64,000 nt of DNA from Takakia lepidozioides (taxonomy: Eukaryota > Plantae > Bryophyta): positions 40,424,001 to 40,488,000 of the forward strand of contig CM060731.1 in the NCBI GenBank assembly GCA_030704615.1. Reading direction: 5' to 3'. Made by a program: the position numbers and the translations under genes. This document shows, piece by piece, positions 42,663 to 54,649 of the stretch; within the stretch, counting starts at the first letter, position 1; the number at the start of each line of letters is the position of its first letter. Below the pieces are notes generated by a model. It was not told where the DNA came from. It saw only the letters and a program-made list of their open reading frames with translations, and did not search any database.

Positions 42663-43232
42663 TGTCGTGCACCTAAGCATCGTGCCACAACATACATCGC
42701 TGTCCACCACACAATCTAAGCACACAATCCTAGAATAGATAAGAGATGAGAAATGAGAGAAGTAGAATACAATGAAAGCTCTCAAAGCATGAAGCAATCA
42801 CATGAAGAACAAGCCCTAGTCCTTCCAAGTGAAATCCACTCTATCACATAAACTAAGTCAAGCCAAGGGCACCTTTGCTAAAGGAATCCACCCTACAAAG
42901 CCCTCAACACACTCCCTCTCAATACCTAGAGCTGTGGAGGTGAGAGAAGCTCGTGGAGGCTCAACTACAAGAAGATGAGCCTCCTCAACACTCACAAGGG
43001 GAAAACCTATCTCCATGTTTCAAGTGAGGCTCGACACCTCACTTGGCATGTGAGACCAAATGAAGTCCCAACACACAAAATATAAATATAAATATCTAAA
43101 ATGTCCTAGTTAACTAGAAGTAGGTAATTCTAGATAACCATGACAGTTGTCGTGCACCTAAGCATCGTGTCACAATATACATCGCTGTCCACCACACAAT
43201 CTAAGCACACAATCCTAGAAAGCTATACCACA
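42663..43232 (-). mobile_element. LTR structure: full ~483-bp LTR (42663-43145) joined to an 85-bp LTR-like unit (43148-43232) next to the PPT
   Basis: TGTCGTG...CATGACA inverted ends. The first ~73 bp are repeated at 43148-43220. A minus-strand polypurine tract AGGGGGGCGAT lies at 43233-43243, immediately before TG. Confidence 0.75.
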
Positions 43233-43489
43233 ATCGCCCCCCTAGCTGGTGGTTAGGTCTCTCTAACTCCAGATAGCTACAAGATGTAATAGCCACAGCC
43301 GTACTAAGTCCTCTATCACTGTCCCTATTGTACTCAAACTCTATAGACCAAGAGGCCGGGTACAAGAGCAACCCCATCGTTAGTCACCGTCTTGCAATCT
43401 GTGAACTTGAGTCAGGATCTCGTGTGTTGGTCTCCTAGTAGCTTGGCCTTGCATTTCTTGTTAGCCTTCCATGGTTGTATCCATTCCCA

Positions 43490-45043
43490 CTATCCAATGC
43501 AATACGGATATAACCAATCCCCATCAGGAACCATCTCAAGAGGTGGAGTCAAGCATCCCATATGCCAACCTCTAGAGCATCGATCGCACACCAGCATGGT
43601 GGCTGCCCCTCTAGCAGACCCACATTACATGCTTTTCAAACTTGCAAATACCACTGCCAGGTTTGGGTCAATCCTGCCATCGACATTCGGAAGGTGACAT
43701 GGCGCACAATCACGCACATGGTCCTTCCAAGTTATGCCATCCCGACCCTCCAAGACCAAGACGCCTGAGGGCAAAACCTCTCGAACCCTCAAAATAACAC
43801 GTCCTGCAGTCACATCCAATGTCATAGGAGCAGTCTGCTGCAGATAGACATAGTCACCAGGGTTGAATCTCCGAACCCCAGGACGATAGCCCCCACCACG
43901 TATGGTAGCATACCTCAACGTATCATGATGTTGTGCAATGGCAAGGTTCTCGAAAGCCATGGGCATGACTTTCTTGAACAACTTTGCACGCTGCTCACAT
44001 GCACGTGCCCACACGTCCGGATCGTCAAGATTAAGAACTGTAGCAGCTTCTCTGCGAATGGATGTAGGCAAATCCGGCTCTTGGCCAAAGAGAAAAAAGT
44101 ATGGTGAGAAGGAGGCAAGTGATGCTTGCTTGCTGAACCTGTAGCCCATGGCTAACCAGGGTAACTAAAGGTCCCAATCTCCTAGGTGTCCCTTCTGCAA
44201 GCCATACTTGCGCAAACCCCTCTTTACTGTCTGAACAACTCTCTCTGCCAAGCCATCGGCCTCAGGATGATCCCGAGAAGTGGTGCGGTGGTCTATCAAG
44301 GCCTTGTCACACAAAGCCTGAAACTCCCCCAAGAACTCTCTCCCTTGGTTCGTGAGTACCTCAGCTGGAGCACCAAATCAGCTAAGCACACAATCCAAGA
44401 ATGCATACGCAGCTCCCTCACTAGCCTTATCAGGCAATGGAACCAATTCAATCCACTTGGAGAAGTGCTCCACCATCACCAACACGTACTTGTTGTGGCG
44501 CATGGTCAGTGGCAATGGCCCTGCGAAGTCAAGACTCCACCTGTAGCCCAATCCCATGATCGGAAGAGGGTGCAATTGTGGAGTAGGGGCATTGAATGAA
44601 GCACGCACCCTGTCACACACCATGCACCTAGCCACAAATTGTTGCACCTCTGTGTGCATACCACGCCACCAATACTGCCCCTGCAATAGACTATGAGTGC
44701 GTCGCACCCCAAAATGCCCCAACTCCTCATGGGCATGCCGCACTAACCGTGCCCGCTGTGTTGGGTGAGGCACAATCCTCACTTGACCATCCTCCCACAC
44801 TCGGAGCAGGTGTGTCCCCTCCCACTTGAACCTCTTGGCTCGTTGTAGGATCCGATCCCTCTCCTTGGCAGTCACAGTGGCTGCAGTGTCTCCAGTGCGG
44901 AGGTAGTCCAACACAACTGAATCCTCATGTATATCTTTGGCGCTACCTTGCTCATTGCTGGCCTCAGGGTCCTCAAACACTTGATCTACAGTCATCCTTG
45001 TTGCAGGTCCAACCTGGCCTTCCGCTGCCAAGATACACAGAAG
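43490..45043 (-). mobile_element. Ty3/Gypsy integrase with C-terminal PHD finger (degenerate)
   Basis: HEELGHFG...YWW...CMVC (HHCC), WSLDFAGPLP, VEHFSKW and a GPY/F-like region, then M*CGSARGAATMLVCDRCSRGWHMGCLTPPLEMVPDGDWLYPYC (PHD pattern). Confidence 0.88.
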
Positions 45044-47362
45044 CCCACAGAACCCGAGAAGGGTGTCATCCCTAGCAATCCAACGTACCAATTGCTTCAC
45101 AACAGTTTCATCTTCGGCCACCATCACTGGGATGCTTCCCATTGGAATATTTGCGACCTCCTCTCAAGCTTGAATGGAACGGAGTTGACAAAAATAGTGG
45201 AGAAATGACGAGCAACAATCCAATCTACCATCACATCTCTGTAAATTCCAGCCACATGCTGAAATATATCATCTCTTTCTCCCGCTCTATACTTCAAACC
45301 TTTCCTCAAAGACCGTCTTGTAGTATCAATAGAAGGACCCCCCACATTTGAAGCCAAAAAATGATGCAATCTCGGACCCCCCCAAAGCTACACAGTCTCA
45401 AACATTGTTTTTGTGCTAGTACCATACCTCTTCCCTTGTTGAGACCTGTCAATATTCTTGCCCATATCAACAATAAAATCCCACAAACTTTCTTTTCCTT
45501 CAAAATCCCCCCTCCTATGTGCATCAACAATATCACGACAAAATTTGAGAACATCTCCTCTTTCAATTGCCTCAATCCCAGACTCCTTCAAACTCCTACA
45601 TCGCACAGACAAGGATGCCACTTTGGTCTTGGCCTCCCACAATTTGAACCTCAACTGCCTCAACTCCTGTCTGTTTTTGTAAACTTGTTTGACAATCTCG
45701 ACATTTCCAAGATATGACAACCTTCTTCCCTTGCCAGTATCTCTCTCCCCTCTATATTCCATGGCACCTCTCTCTCTATATACCCTCATTCTGAAGTCAT
45801 TTTCCAAGGGAATGGAAGAACATGTTGAACACCTCAAGTTTGGAAATGGCTCCCCATCCAATGACACTCTAAAACAATCCGTGTGCCAAAACGTACCAAC
45901 AACCTTATGCTCTTGATTGTTTAGAGTGATGGTTGCATGTGTCAACGGCTCGACATACCACTTCTTTCCTCCCTTGCTATCTTGAAGGAATGGTTTCAGA
46001 CTTATTCTCTTGTGGTTGTACTCCCACCATTCATCCCATAGGCCCCAACACAAACTGTCTCTTCCTTTGTTGCATTGGGACCTTCGCTGTAATTGTCAAT
46101 CCTCAATCAGATCTGCCTGTTGGGCAGCGTCAACACAAGTGTATGGAGTTTGTGACGAGGATGCTCCATTGTTGATGCCACAATTGGATTGTCAAGTGGT
46201 GGGGATGGCAACACAGGTTGACTGACCAAGAAAGAGCTTAGATCCCGTTTACATCTTTGGCAATCATAGGCTTTGGAGGCCTTCCTCTCTTTTTGCACAG
46301 TCCTTCACTACTTCCAACCTTCTGGCAAATCTCTGCATCGACACGAGTTTTTCCCTTCACATGCTCTGTCAAAGAAGATTGCAAAGAACCTGTCCTTGGA
46401 AACAAGAGTAGCCACTTTGAATCAAGTGCGCACTTAATCCTTATGGAACCCAACTGCAAATAGTCTTCAATTGTGGCTTCCACAATCTCAAATCTGTTTC
46501 CAGGATTGTCCTCACAAAACCGAGCGACTTCCTCTAATGCCTCCTTCACCCTGTTCTTCTTTGCATCTAATGCTTCATCTGCATTTACAGGGCTGATGAC
46601 ACATTGTGATGAACCCTTCCCATGACGCCTCTCATAGGCTATGCGATGCCCCTCACTCCTCAAATAAGATCTCATAAAGTTTGCACATGCATCATATGGT
46701 TTGTTTTTCCCAGACCGTGCATAAACATCCTCACACTCAACACACCATATGTGGAACATTGCTTGTCCTTGTTGATCCTTTGTCATGAGCTCAAACTTGT
46801 CACATCGTCCTTCTGCAGAGATTTTCCTTTCAACGGCTCTAATCTCTTTCTGCCATTTTTGAATATCGCTGGATGTAGCCAATGTGCTGCACAATCTACC
46901 ATATCTCTGTTGAAGTGCATGCTCATGTGCATGGTCTTCATTTCCACCATCGCCAGCAAAGGGTGTATCAGGGTCCATCCTCATCTTTTTAGACACTGGT
47001 GCCGGGTCCTCGCCTGGTCTGTCCTCATGCATGATCGTAGAACCACTGGAAGATAGAGGTCTTTTCAATCCTTGGTCCCCATCATTTTGGTCTGAAATCT
47101 TAATGTGTACAGTATCCCCTTTCAGAACCATCCTCTCTTCCTGCTTGGCTGAAAGGACATTACCCCCCATGGAAAGGAAATGAAATTTTCCTGAGACAAG
47201 CTCATCACCTAGAATTTCTGCTCGGATGCATTTGTATGTGACACCTTGCATAGTGAACACAGAACCAAGCCTGTTTGGTGGTGCATCTCCTCCAACGAGC
47301 AGGACTTTTACTTCCAACTCTTCTTCCATGATGAGTTCACCTGCAAAATGCAATGAAAACAT
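45044..47362 (-). mobile_element. 5' half of a P-element/THAP9-like DNA transposase gene (frameshifted)
   Basis: A chain of minus-strand ORFs with CxxC/H motifs ends at VMVAEDETVVK...DDTLLGFCG and continues logically at 52178 on the plus strand (VQDNHVC...). Confidence 0.6.
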
Positions 47363-47849
47363 TTCAAATCAGACCTTGATAGACCAATAACAAAGCACCC
47401 AGGTTGGAAGGTTCCAAAGTCCTGTTTTATGCAGCCCTATAGGCTGTCCAAGCAGGGACTACGTTGATAAGAGGATGAAATGTGTACAGAAGCAAGTACC
47501 TAATTGATGAGTTTGATGCTGCTAATTCTTGCTGCTGCTATTGACCAAGTGCTGCTACTTCCACTGCTGGTAGCCCTCTTGGGTGATCCTGAACCCACAG
47601 TCCATCCTTGCATCACCGGCTAGCCCTCCCTCCACACTAACATATTTAAATACAAAGTTATGTCAAACTCCCTACGATGTTGCATGAAGAAAGCTCACCT
47701 TGTTGACAATATTGTCCCACCGCTGTGGATCATATTTATAGAACTCCTGCCAGCGCTGTTCCTTGCTCCAAATCTGGCCCTCTTGGATGATTTTGCACCC
47801 ACGATCCTCTCCCTGCATCAACAGCTACCCCTCCCTCCACACTAACAAT

Positions 47850-48500
47850 GCGTACATCATGCCTCTGCAGCTGCTACAGTGGCTTCCAGTTGACCATCTA
47901 CCCATGCAGGTTTCTTGTAGCTATCCTTCCACATGGAATCATACGTACTCTGGAGCTTGGAATCCGGCCATCTGGAAATTTAGGGACGACTCTGATAACA
48001 GGGAAAAACAGGCTGAAATGTGTTGAAGAAGGTACCTTCATTAGCAGTCCCTTGTTCTATCAATTGCGCTGTTGCCGCTGCTATTTCCAGTTGACCATCT
48101 CCTACATTGTCCCACCACTGACTGGGGTCAGAAAAGTATTCATTCCTTGAAAGCTTCTCTCCATCTCTGTTATCTTTTTTTAGGTACTGTCATGCTGCCA
48201 CCTCGGCAGTAACTTGCAAAGTCACTCCAAAGCACCGCAGATCCACCCAACGAGCTAACTTACAGAATTCAATACATATGCTTCAGGGCTGAGTCTGATG
48301 AGAGGGAAAAACAGGCTGAAATAGGTCAAACCAGAAGGTGCCCTCAGGCTGAAATGTGTTGAAGAAGGTACCTTCATCAGCAGTGCCTTGCTCTATCAAT
48401 TGCGCTACTGCCGCTGCTGTTTCCAGTTGACCATCCACCCACATTGTCCCACCATTGACTGGGGTCAGAAAAGTGTCTCATTCCAAAGCTTCTCTTCATC
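47850..48500 (+). repeat. Locally duplicated repeat shared with 57990-58560
   Basis: CTGATAACAGGGAAAAACAGGCTGAAATGTGTTGAAGAA and AGATCCACC(C)AACGAGCTAACTT.CAGAATTCAA occur in both regions. Part of the unit occurs twice within this one. Confidence 0.75.
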
Positions 48501-48514
48501 TCTGTGGTGCTATT

Positions 48515-49755
48515 GCAGGGTGACTTCAATGCCCAAGTGGGCAAAGGGCTCCATCAGGACGATATCATTGGGTCTTCTGGTGAGGACGAGCTGAATTCTA
48601 ATGGCAGATGATTAATTAACTGTCTGGAAGAGCTTCAGCTTTTGACCTTGAATAACAAGACAAGAGGTGACCAAGTGCAGTGGACTCGTGAGAAATCCCA
48701 AACTGGGGAACGTTCCATTGTGGACTATATCATAATGGACAAAAATATGTTCCCCCAGTGTACCAATGTGTTGATCGACAGAACTGATATTGGTACCTCT
48801 GACCACTTCCTGGTTTGGACTGAGATCAAAAGGTGTTTTCCCAACACCAGAGTAGAAGAGATTCTCAAGGACCTGGACCTGGATCCGCAAGTCTTGACCC
48901 TGCTGGATAAATCCGACTTAGAGGCTGTAGTGTCCAAAGCCATGTCTGTTGCCATGAGATTGTCTGATGAAAATGAAGTTAGGCAGAAAACTTCCCTGAA
49001 CTTGTTTCTAGTCAGTGACATGGGGGAGGACATCTTGGATGACCTCAAGGGTCCACCCACTCTCGGCACTAGACTGAAATTTAAACTCAGGGAAGGAAGC
49101 CTACCTTTGAACAACAAACAAAAGCAGAGAGGAAAGGGGGAGTGCACTTCCCATTGTGTGGGCAATCTGAAGACAATATTCATTTTCTGATACACTGTCC
49201 GGGGTTCTCTCACCAAAGAGACGCTCTCTTCAAATCTATCAAGGGAATTGTGCATGAATTGTCCTCCAATTGTAATTGGGATGCACATATCCAGAAAGTT
49301 GTTCAAACTGGCAAGGGCAAAGCTCTGGGGCTCACTAAATTTTTCCACTGCAAGAGGGGTCAACTCTGAGGTTAAGAAAACCATGCTTTCTCGCGTTATT
49401 AGACCTGCCTTGGAGTACGGATCTGCTATATGGGTTGATAACTCCAACTAGGCTAAGTCTCTAGAATCCATTCAAGTGGGGGTGCTTTAGGAGTGTATGT
49501 CAGCATGCTCCAAAACAGCCAATGTGGCTGTTCGGGGTGAGTTTGGCATTCCATCCTTAAGCTCCTGACAAGATGAATTCAAGGTCAGATGGTGGGGTCA
49601 ACTGCAACATATGCCCAACACCAGATATCCTAAGTTAATCGACTCTATATCTTGGAAACAGGACCGCCCTCTCAAACAGGCGAAGCCCTGGCAGAAGAGA
49701 GTAGAAAAGATTCTCAAGGACCTGGACCTGGATCTGCAAGTCTTGACCCTGCTGG
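48515..49755 (+). mobile_element. Scrambled LINE fragments: AP endonuclease piece and two C-terminal pieces in swapped order
   Basis: GDFNA...NSNG...SIVDYII...TSDHFLVW (APE domain) at ~48515-48835. 48850-49253 matches 14068-14473. 49255-49755 matches ~13630-14125. Confidence 0.88.
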
Positions 49756-51188
49756 TTGCTCACACTCTATTATGGGGTACGAGCAAGGATTTGCAGCAGG
49801 CTGCTGATGGACGGGTACAACAAGCCTGGGTAGAGGCCTTCGTACCGTTAGGAGAAGAAGAGAGTGCGGTGATTGCACCAGGACCACCTCAGTTGTCGCC
49901 ATTGGACACCACACCTCTTGTGTGGCAGTGCCCGGATGAAGGCATATGCTTTCTGGACTTGTTTGGCAGGATCAGCACTGGATTGGCTGAAGTACTGCAG
50001 GCAGGTGTACGAGTTCGACGTTACCTGTATGTGGAGAGGGATGAGTCTGCACGACGTGTCTCACTGCGCCACGTTGCTCAGTTGGTACAGCAGTACCCTG
50101 ATTTGTTGCCAGTGTCTGCAGTTCGTGGATACCAACAAGCCTTGCCAACAGACATTTCGTTGCTGGGGGCGCAGGATTTGGAGCGGGTTGGCTCCATTGA
50201 TCTGGTAGTGGCAGGTTGGCCCTGCCAAGGGCATTCATCAGCCGGGCATGGCAGTGGATTGCGAGACTCGAGGACGGGTCTGTTTTGGGAGATGGTGCGG
50301 ATTTTGCGCCACTTGCAGCTTCATCAAGCTGTATCTCCAGCATACATCTTGGAGAATGTGCCACTGATGGGTGATTCTCGGGCCAGGGTGATGGCCAGTG
50401 TGCATCAAGTCCGGTCGTGGTTTGGGTCAGCAATGTTGCTGGATGCAGCTGCAGTGGGGTCATGGGCTCATCGTCCACGGCTATGGTGGACTAACTTGAT
50501 GCCACCCGCACTGCTCAAGCGTGCATTTGATGGGGTGCAGCGGCCAACACACCTCACAGTGGATAGCATTTTGGACCTAGGGAGGCAGTCTCAACGTGTG
50601 AGACACGATGACCGTTCGCCTTTGGCAGTGGTCAACAGTGTGGGTCAACCACGAGCAGCATTACCTACACTGCTCAGCTTCCCAGGATCCCATGCTTTTC
50701 GGGATGGTGGACCTGGCCTCTTGTGGGATAGCCAGTTGCAACAATTAGTGGAGCCCAATGCTGACGAGCGCAAGCGGGCGATGGGTTTTACCACAGGTAC
50801 CACGGCGGTGCCATCTCTTTCTGAGGCATCACGTCGTCAGGTGTTGGGGCAAACAATGGATCTCAATTGCTTGACCTGGATTATCAGCTTGGCTATGGCT
50901 GAGCAGCGCAGAGTACGGAGTACACTTCCCTTCATGGTCTCCCTGCCTACCGAGACGGTACAGGAGTGGGGCCGAGCAGGTAAGGACCACGAGGTGCAGG
51001 CCGCATCTATGGCACACGTGGGAGGTGCTCGAGGTTCAGAAGGAGTGGCAGCCAAGGCGGCGGTGATGGATCAGGTTGGGGATTTTTCTCGGATTGAGGA
51101 GGTCCTCAAGGATGGGATGATGGGGCAAGATGAGACATTGTCACTGACAGAGGAGGCAGTGGTCACTGCTCAAGAGGTTGCAACATAG
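49756..51188 (+). CDS. C5 cytosine DNA methyltransferase domain within a Gypsy pol
   Basis: Motif I FLDLFGRIS (~49950), II YVERD, III TDI, IV DLVVAGWPCQG (catalytic PC at 50220-50225), VI ILENV (50352), VIII HRPRLWW, IX ER.RAMGF..G.T, X RRQVLGQ. Confidence 0.88.
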
Positions 51189-52177
51189 CAACCACGGGAC
51201 GCGTCTTCTACCTCTAAGCCTGCTGGACTCAAGGTTGCAGTCACGGAGGACAACGGGGAGCCTGATGTTGGACCTATAGTCACCGGAGGAGAGAGACGAC
51301 GTATATGGCGGTTCTTGAGGGCTTACATGAACTGCTTTGCCTTCAGTTTGAAGGACTTAGGAGCACTGAAGGGTCAAGAGATTCGCATTGAATTGGCTAC
51401 TGACACGCCAATCTTTCGGAGACCCTATAGATACAGCGACATGGAGAGGTCCTTGATTCAGATGAGAACTCAGGACCTTTGGGAGGCTGGTTTGGTGGAG
51501 CTATCTGGGGGAGAGTATGCTTCAGCCACAGTGATGCCAGCCAAGAAGGATGTCTTTGGCAATTGGATGGAGAGACGTATGTGCGGTGATTACCGGCCTG
51601 TAAATCGTCAGACCAAGTCCGATAGGTATGCCATGCCAACACCAGATGAGATCTTTGATGCCATTGGGCATGCCAAGGTCTTTAGCACGTTGGATTTACA
51701 ATCCGGATATCACCAATTGCCGATCAAGGAGGCGGATAAGCAAAAGACGACATTCTCGGGGATCAATGAGCACGGGAAGGATTGCCTATACCAGTGGCGG
51801 TTCTTACCATTTGGGCTTAAGAACGCTCCGGCAAAGTTTCAGAGAGTCATGGACAGGATTCTAGCAGGGGTGGAGTTTGCTTGGTGCTACATAGATGACA
51901 TCATCATCTTTAGTGCTACGGTGGAAGAGCATGAGAGACACTTTCAGGGGGTATTTGAGCGCTTGAGGGCGCACGGATTGAAGTTACATCCGGGAAAGTG
52001 CAAGTTTTTCCACAACCAGATTGAGTATCTGGGTCACATGATATATCCTGGAGGATTGGGGGTACAGCAAACTAAGGTAGAGTCCATTGCACAGGTTCCA
52101 CAACCCACGGATGTGAGCCGAGTTTGAGCTTTCATGGGGTTAGCAAACTATTATAGACGGTTTGTTAAGGGTTTTAG
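51189..52177 (+). mobile_element. Ty3/Gypsy reverse transcriptase; RNase H missing
   Basis: PIFRRPYR, RMCGDYRPVN, FSTLDLQSGYHQ, PFGLKNAPAKFQR, YIDDIIIFS, KCKF...YLGH and FMGLANYYRRFVKGFS. Confidence 0.93.
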
Positions 52178-54369
52178 TGTTCAAGACAACCATGTATGTA
52201 TTTCAAATTTTGTGGTGCAAGTGGGAGAAGGGGAATCAGGGTACGAACATATTGTGGAGGCATTCAAAAACAATGTGGTTGCCCATTATGCCAGAGTGTT
52301 GATAACAAATCCTCTACATGTACGATTACCTCGATTGGTATTGGTAATCCAGCTCACTTGCAATAGATTTGACAACAATTTTGTGAGATCACAATGGGAA
52401 GTGGTGAGACAGTTGTGAGACAAATATGTGAGGGACGTGGTTGGGCCTATAATTGGGCATGCTTCAGACGGAGATAGTAGGAGGAGAAAAGTGATGTTAG
52501 AAGATTATGCCAATGGGGCTGGAAGTAGATTTTGCATCCCTTGGGAAGGATGGTTGTTTACAGGTCGAGTGTGCAACGGGGGAGATATATACGGACTCCA
52601 TGATCAGGACTTCATCCACAATGGGAAAAAATTGGTAAATCCCTTGGACAGTGCATCACGGACTTTGGTGTTAGGTGATGAGGTTCCTACATTGAATCAT
52701 GTGTTATTGGTCTACCATTCATTTTCAGTGGACAAGCATGGACTTCGGGAATGTGATATCAAAAGAGAAGATCGACAAAATTGGGCAGCAGCTCAACGAC
52801 TGGCATCTCGGAAGGTGCAAGCTTGTTTGAGGGAGTTACAATCAACTGTGAATCATCGAAGGGAGAGGACCAAAGGTACTGAATTTTACCTATACATCAT
52901 TTCATGCTACATCGACATTTTTTTGTCTCCTCACATGTCATTGTGTGAGAGGGTACAATCTGCTGCGAATGTATCGTTTTTTTTTCAGATTGTGGAAGTT
53001 GTGGTTATTCCACCACGAGGTGTATAATCTGAAATCCTTCTTCATTAGTAGGGAAGCATACTTGGATTTACAAATTTCATGCCACTACGTGGTTCTACTT
53101 ATCAAATTGTTCAAGGATAAGTTTAATCATGTGCAAGTTCCTTTGAGCCTTGTTGGTTTAGATGTGTGTGAAATATTCTTCAGCAAAGTGGGAGGTATGT
53201 TACGGAATGAGAGGACATATGACGGGTGTGATTTGATTGAGAGTGCGGGAGAATTAACATGCATATCCGAGTTCGAGGTGAATCCAAAAGGACCCAAGTT
53301 CTCAAGAGCTCATAAGAAACAAGAACACATTTGGTTTTCTTTGGAGAAGAAGCCAGGTATCCCCCTTGCTGATTTGTCCGACTTTTCTACTGTCCAATCG
53401 GATGATTGCATTGTGGAGGCTTTGAAAACTGGATTTCTAGAAGCGCAACTTTTATGCCATAAACTTGGGATGAAACCAAACAAAGCGACAAACTTGGATT
53501 GGTGGAATGAGCCATGGACAATTGAGAGACAAATGGAGGCCGAGCTATTCAAAAGCATGGAAGAAGAGGGTGATGATGTCGATGCCATAGATTCTATTTG
53601 TCCTCTTAATGCAGACACACATATTCAAAATGAGGTCGTGGAAGATGAATTGGTGTGCGGGCCTTCGAATTCAATGGAGGATGTTTTGAGCCAACCTTTG
53701 GATGATTATGCAGAAGAGGTACTTATTCAAAGTGAATTGAGACATACTCTGGATGCTGTCATTGATGAATTTGAACAAGAGAAAGATGGATCGAAGGTGG
53801 TGGTTCCATTTGTCAAAGTAGACGGGAAGACCATATTCAAAAGCACTTTGGTTAGCCAACTCAATGGCAACCCTACTCTATCCAAGGATAGATTGACACG
53901 AGTAAGAAGTGCATCGATGTTGTTTTGCCGAGAAAACAAACCAACTACCAGCAACAAAGCCACGAGCTCGGGATTGGGTTCGGATTGTGCTGTATTTTTT
54001 GTTGATGAGGAGACTGCGATCCAAACTACAAACAGAAAAGGCAGACCAAGGAAAACCTGCAGATGAGCAACCAAAGACACTTGGTATTTGGGCAGGGTTC
54101 AAAGAATGCGGAAGAAAATCAATAAGCGGTTTGTAGAATGTAGGGATTCTGTTGATTTATTGGAGCGTCCTTCTCATATGGAAATTGGGTTAGCATGGTA
54201 CCAAAAAATTCGAGGAGGGGTCTATACGTACGATTTGACGGATAACATGATGGTTGATTTGGATTCCATTATCGCGTTAGCATGTTTAAAGTACAATGTC
54301 AAGTCAAACACATATGTACTTGATGCAAATGACCGAAAAGTCTTTGACAACTTTATCAAAGACAAATAA
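52178..54369 (+). mobile_element. 3' half of a P-element/THAP9-like DDE transposase (pseudogenised)
   Basis: NPLH..LP, TCNRF, GHASDGDSRRR, QDFIHNGKKLVNPL (DxxH..K), DRQNW and DVCEIFFSKVGG (catalytic E-like motif). Contains stops and frameshifts. Confidence 0.62.
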
Positions 54370-54649
54370 TTTTTTTAATTAATTTGTTAGATTTTATTAT
54401 GTTTTAAGTGAATAAATTCGATATAATATAAAAACATACATATACATATTGGAGGGTTATTTTTAATGATGGAAAATAAGAATATACATACAGAAGGGGG
54501 TACTTTTTAAAAATTGTAAATTTTTGTATATTTACAGGAGGGGGTTTTATAATCTTCAAAAAATATGTACAGAGGGGGTATAAATTATCCAAGGACCCGT
54601 ATACAAGGGGTTTTTTTTATTAGGCGACGAACGCACGTGATACGCACAG

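Noticed and set aside
44378-45142. Single 254-aa ORF as one gene
   Set aside because: It is a chimera of the P-like transposase (to ...GFCG) and the Gypsy integrase.
49611-49755. LINE-DNMT fusion protein suggested by the 525-aa ORF
   Set aside because: The first ~48 codons are a LINE fragment joined in frame at a rearrangement breakpoint. The DNMT is continuous with the Gypsy RT.
49756-51188. Bacterial restriction-modification methylase or contamination
   Set aside because: It is embedded in a Gypsy pol with no restriction gene or operon structure nearby.
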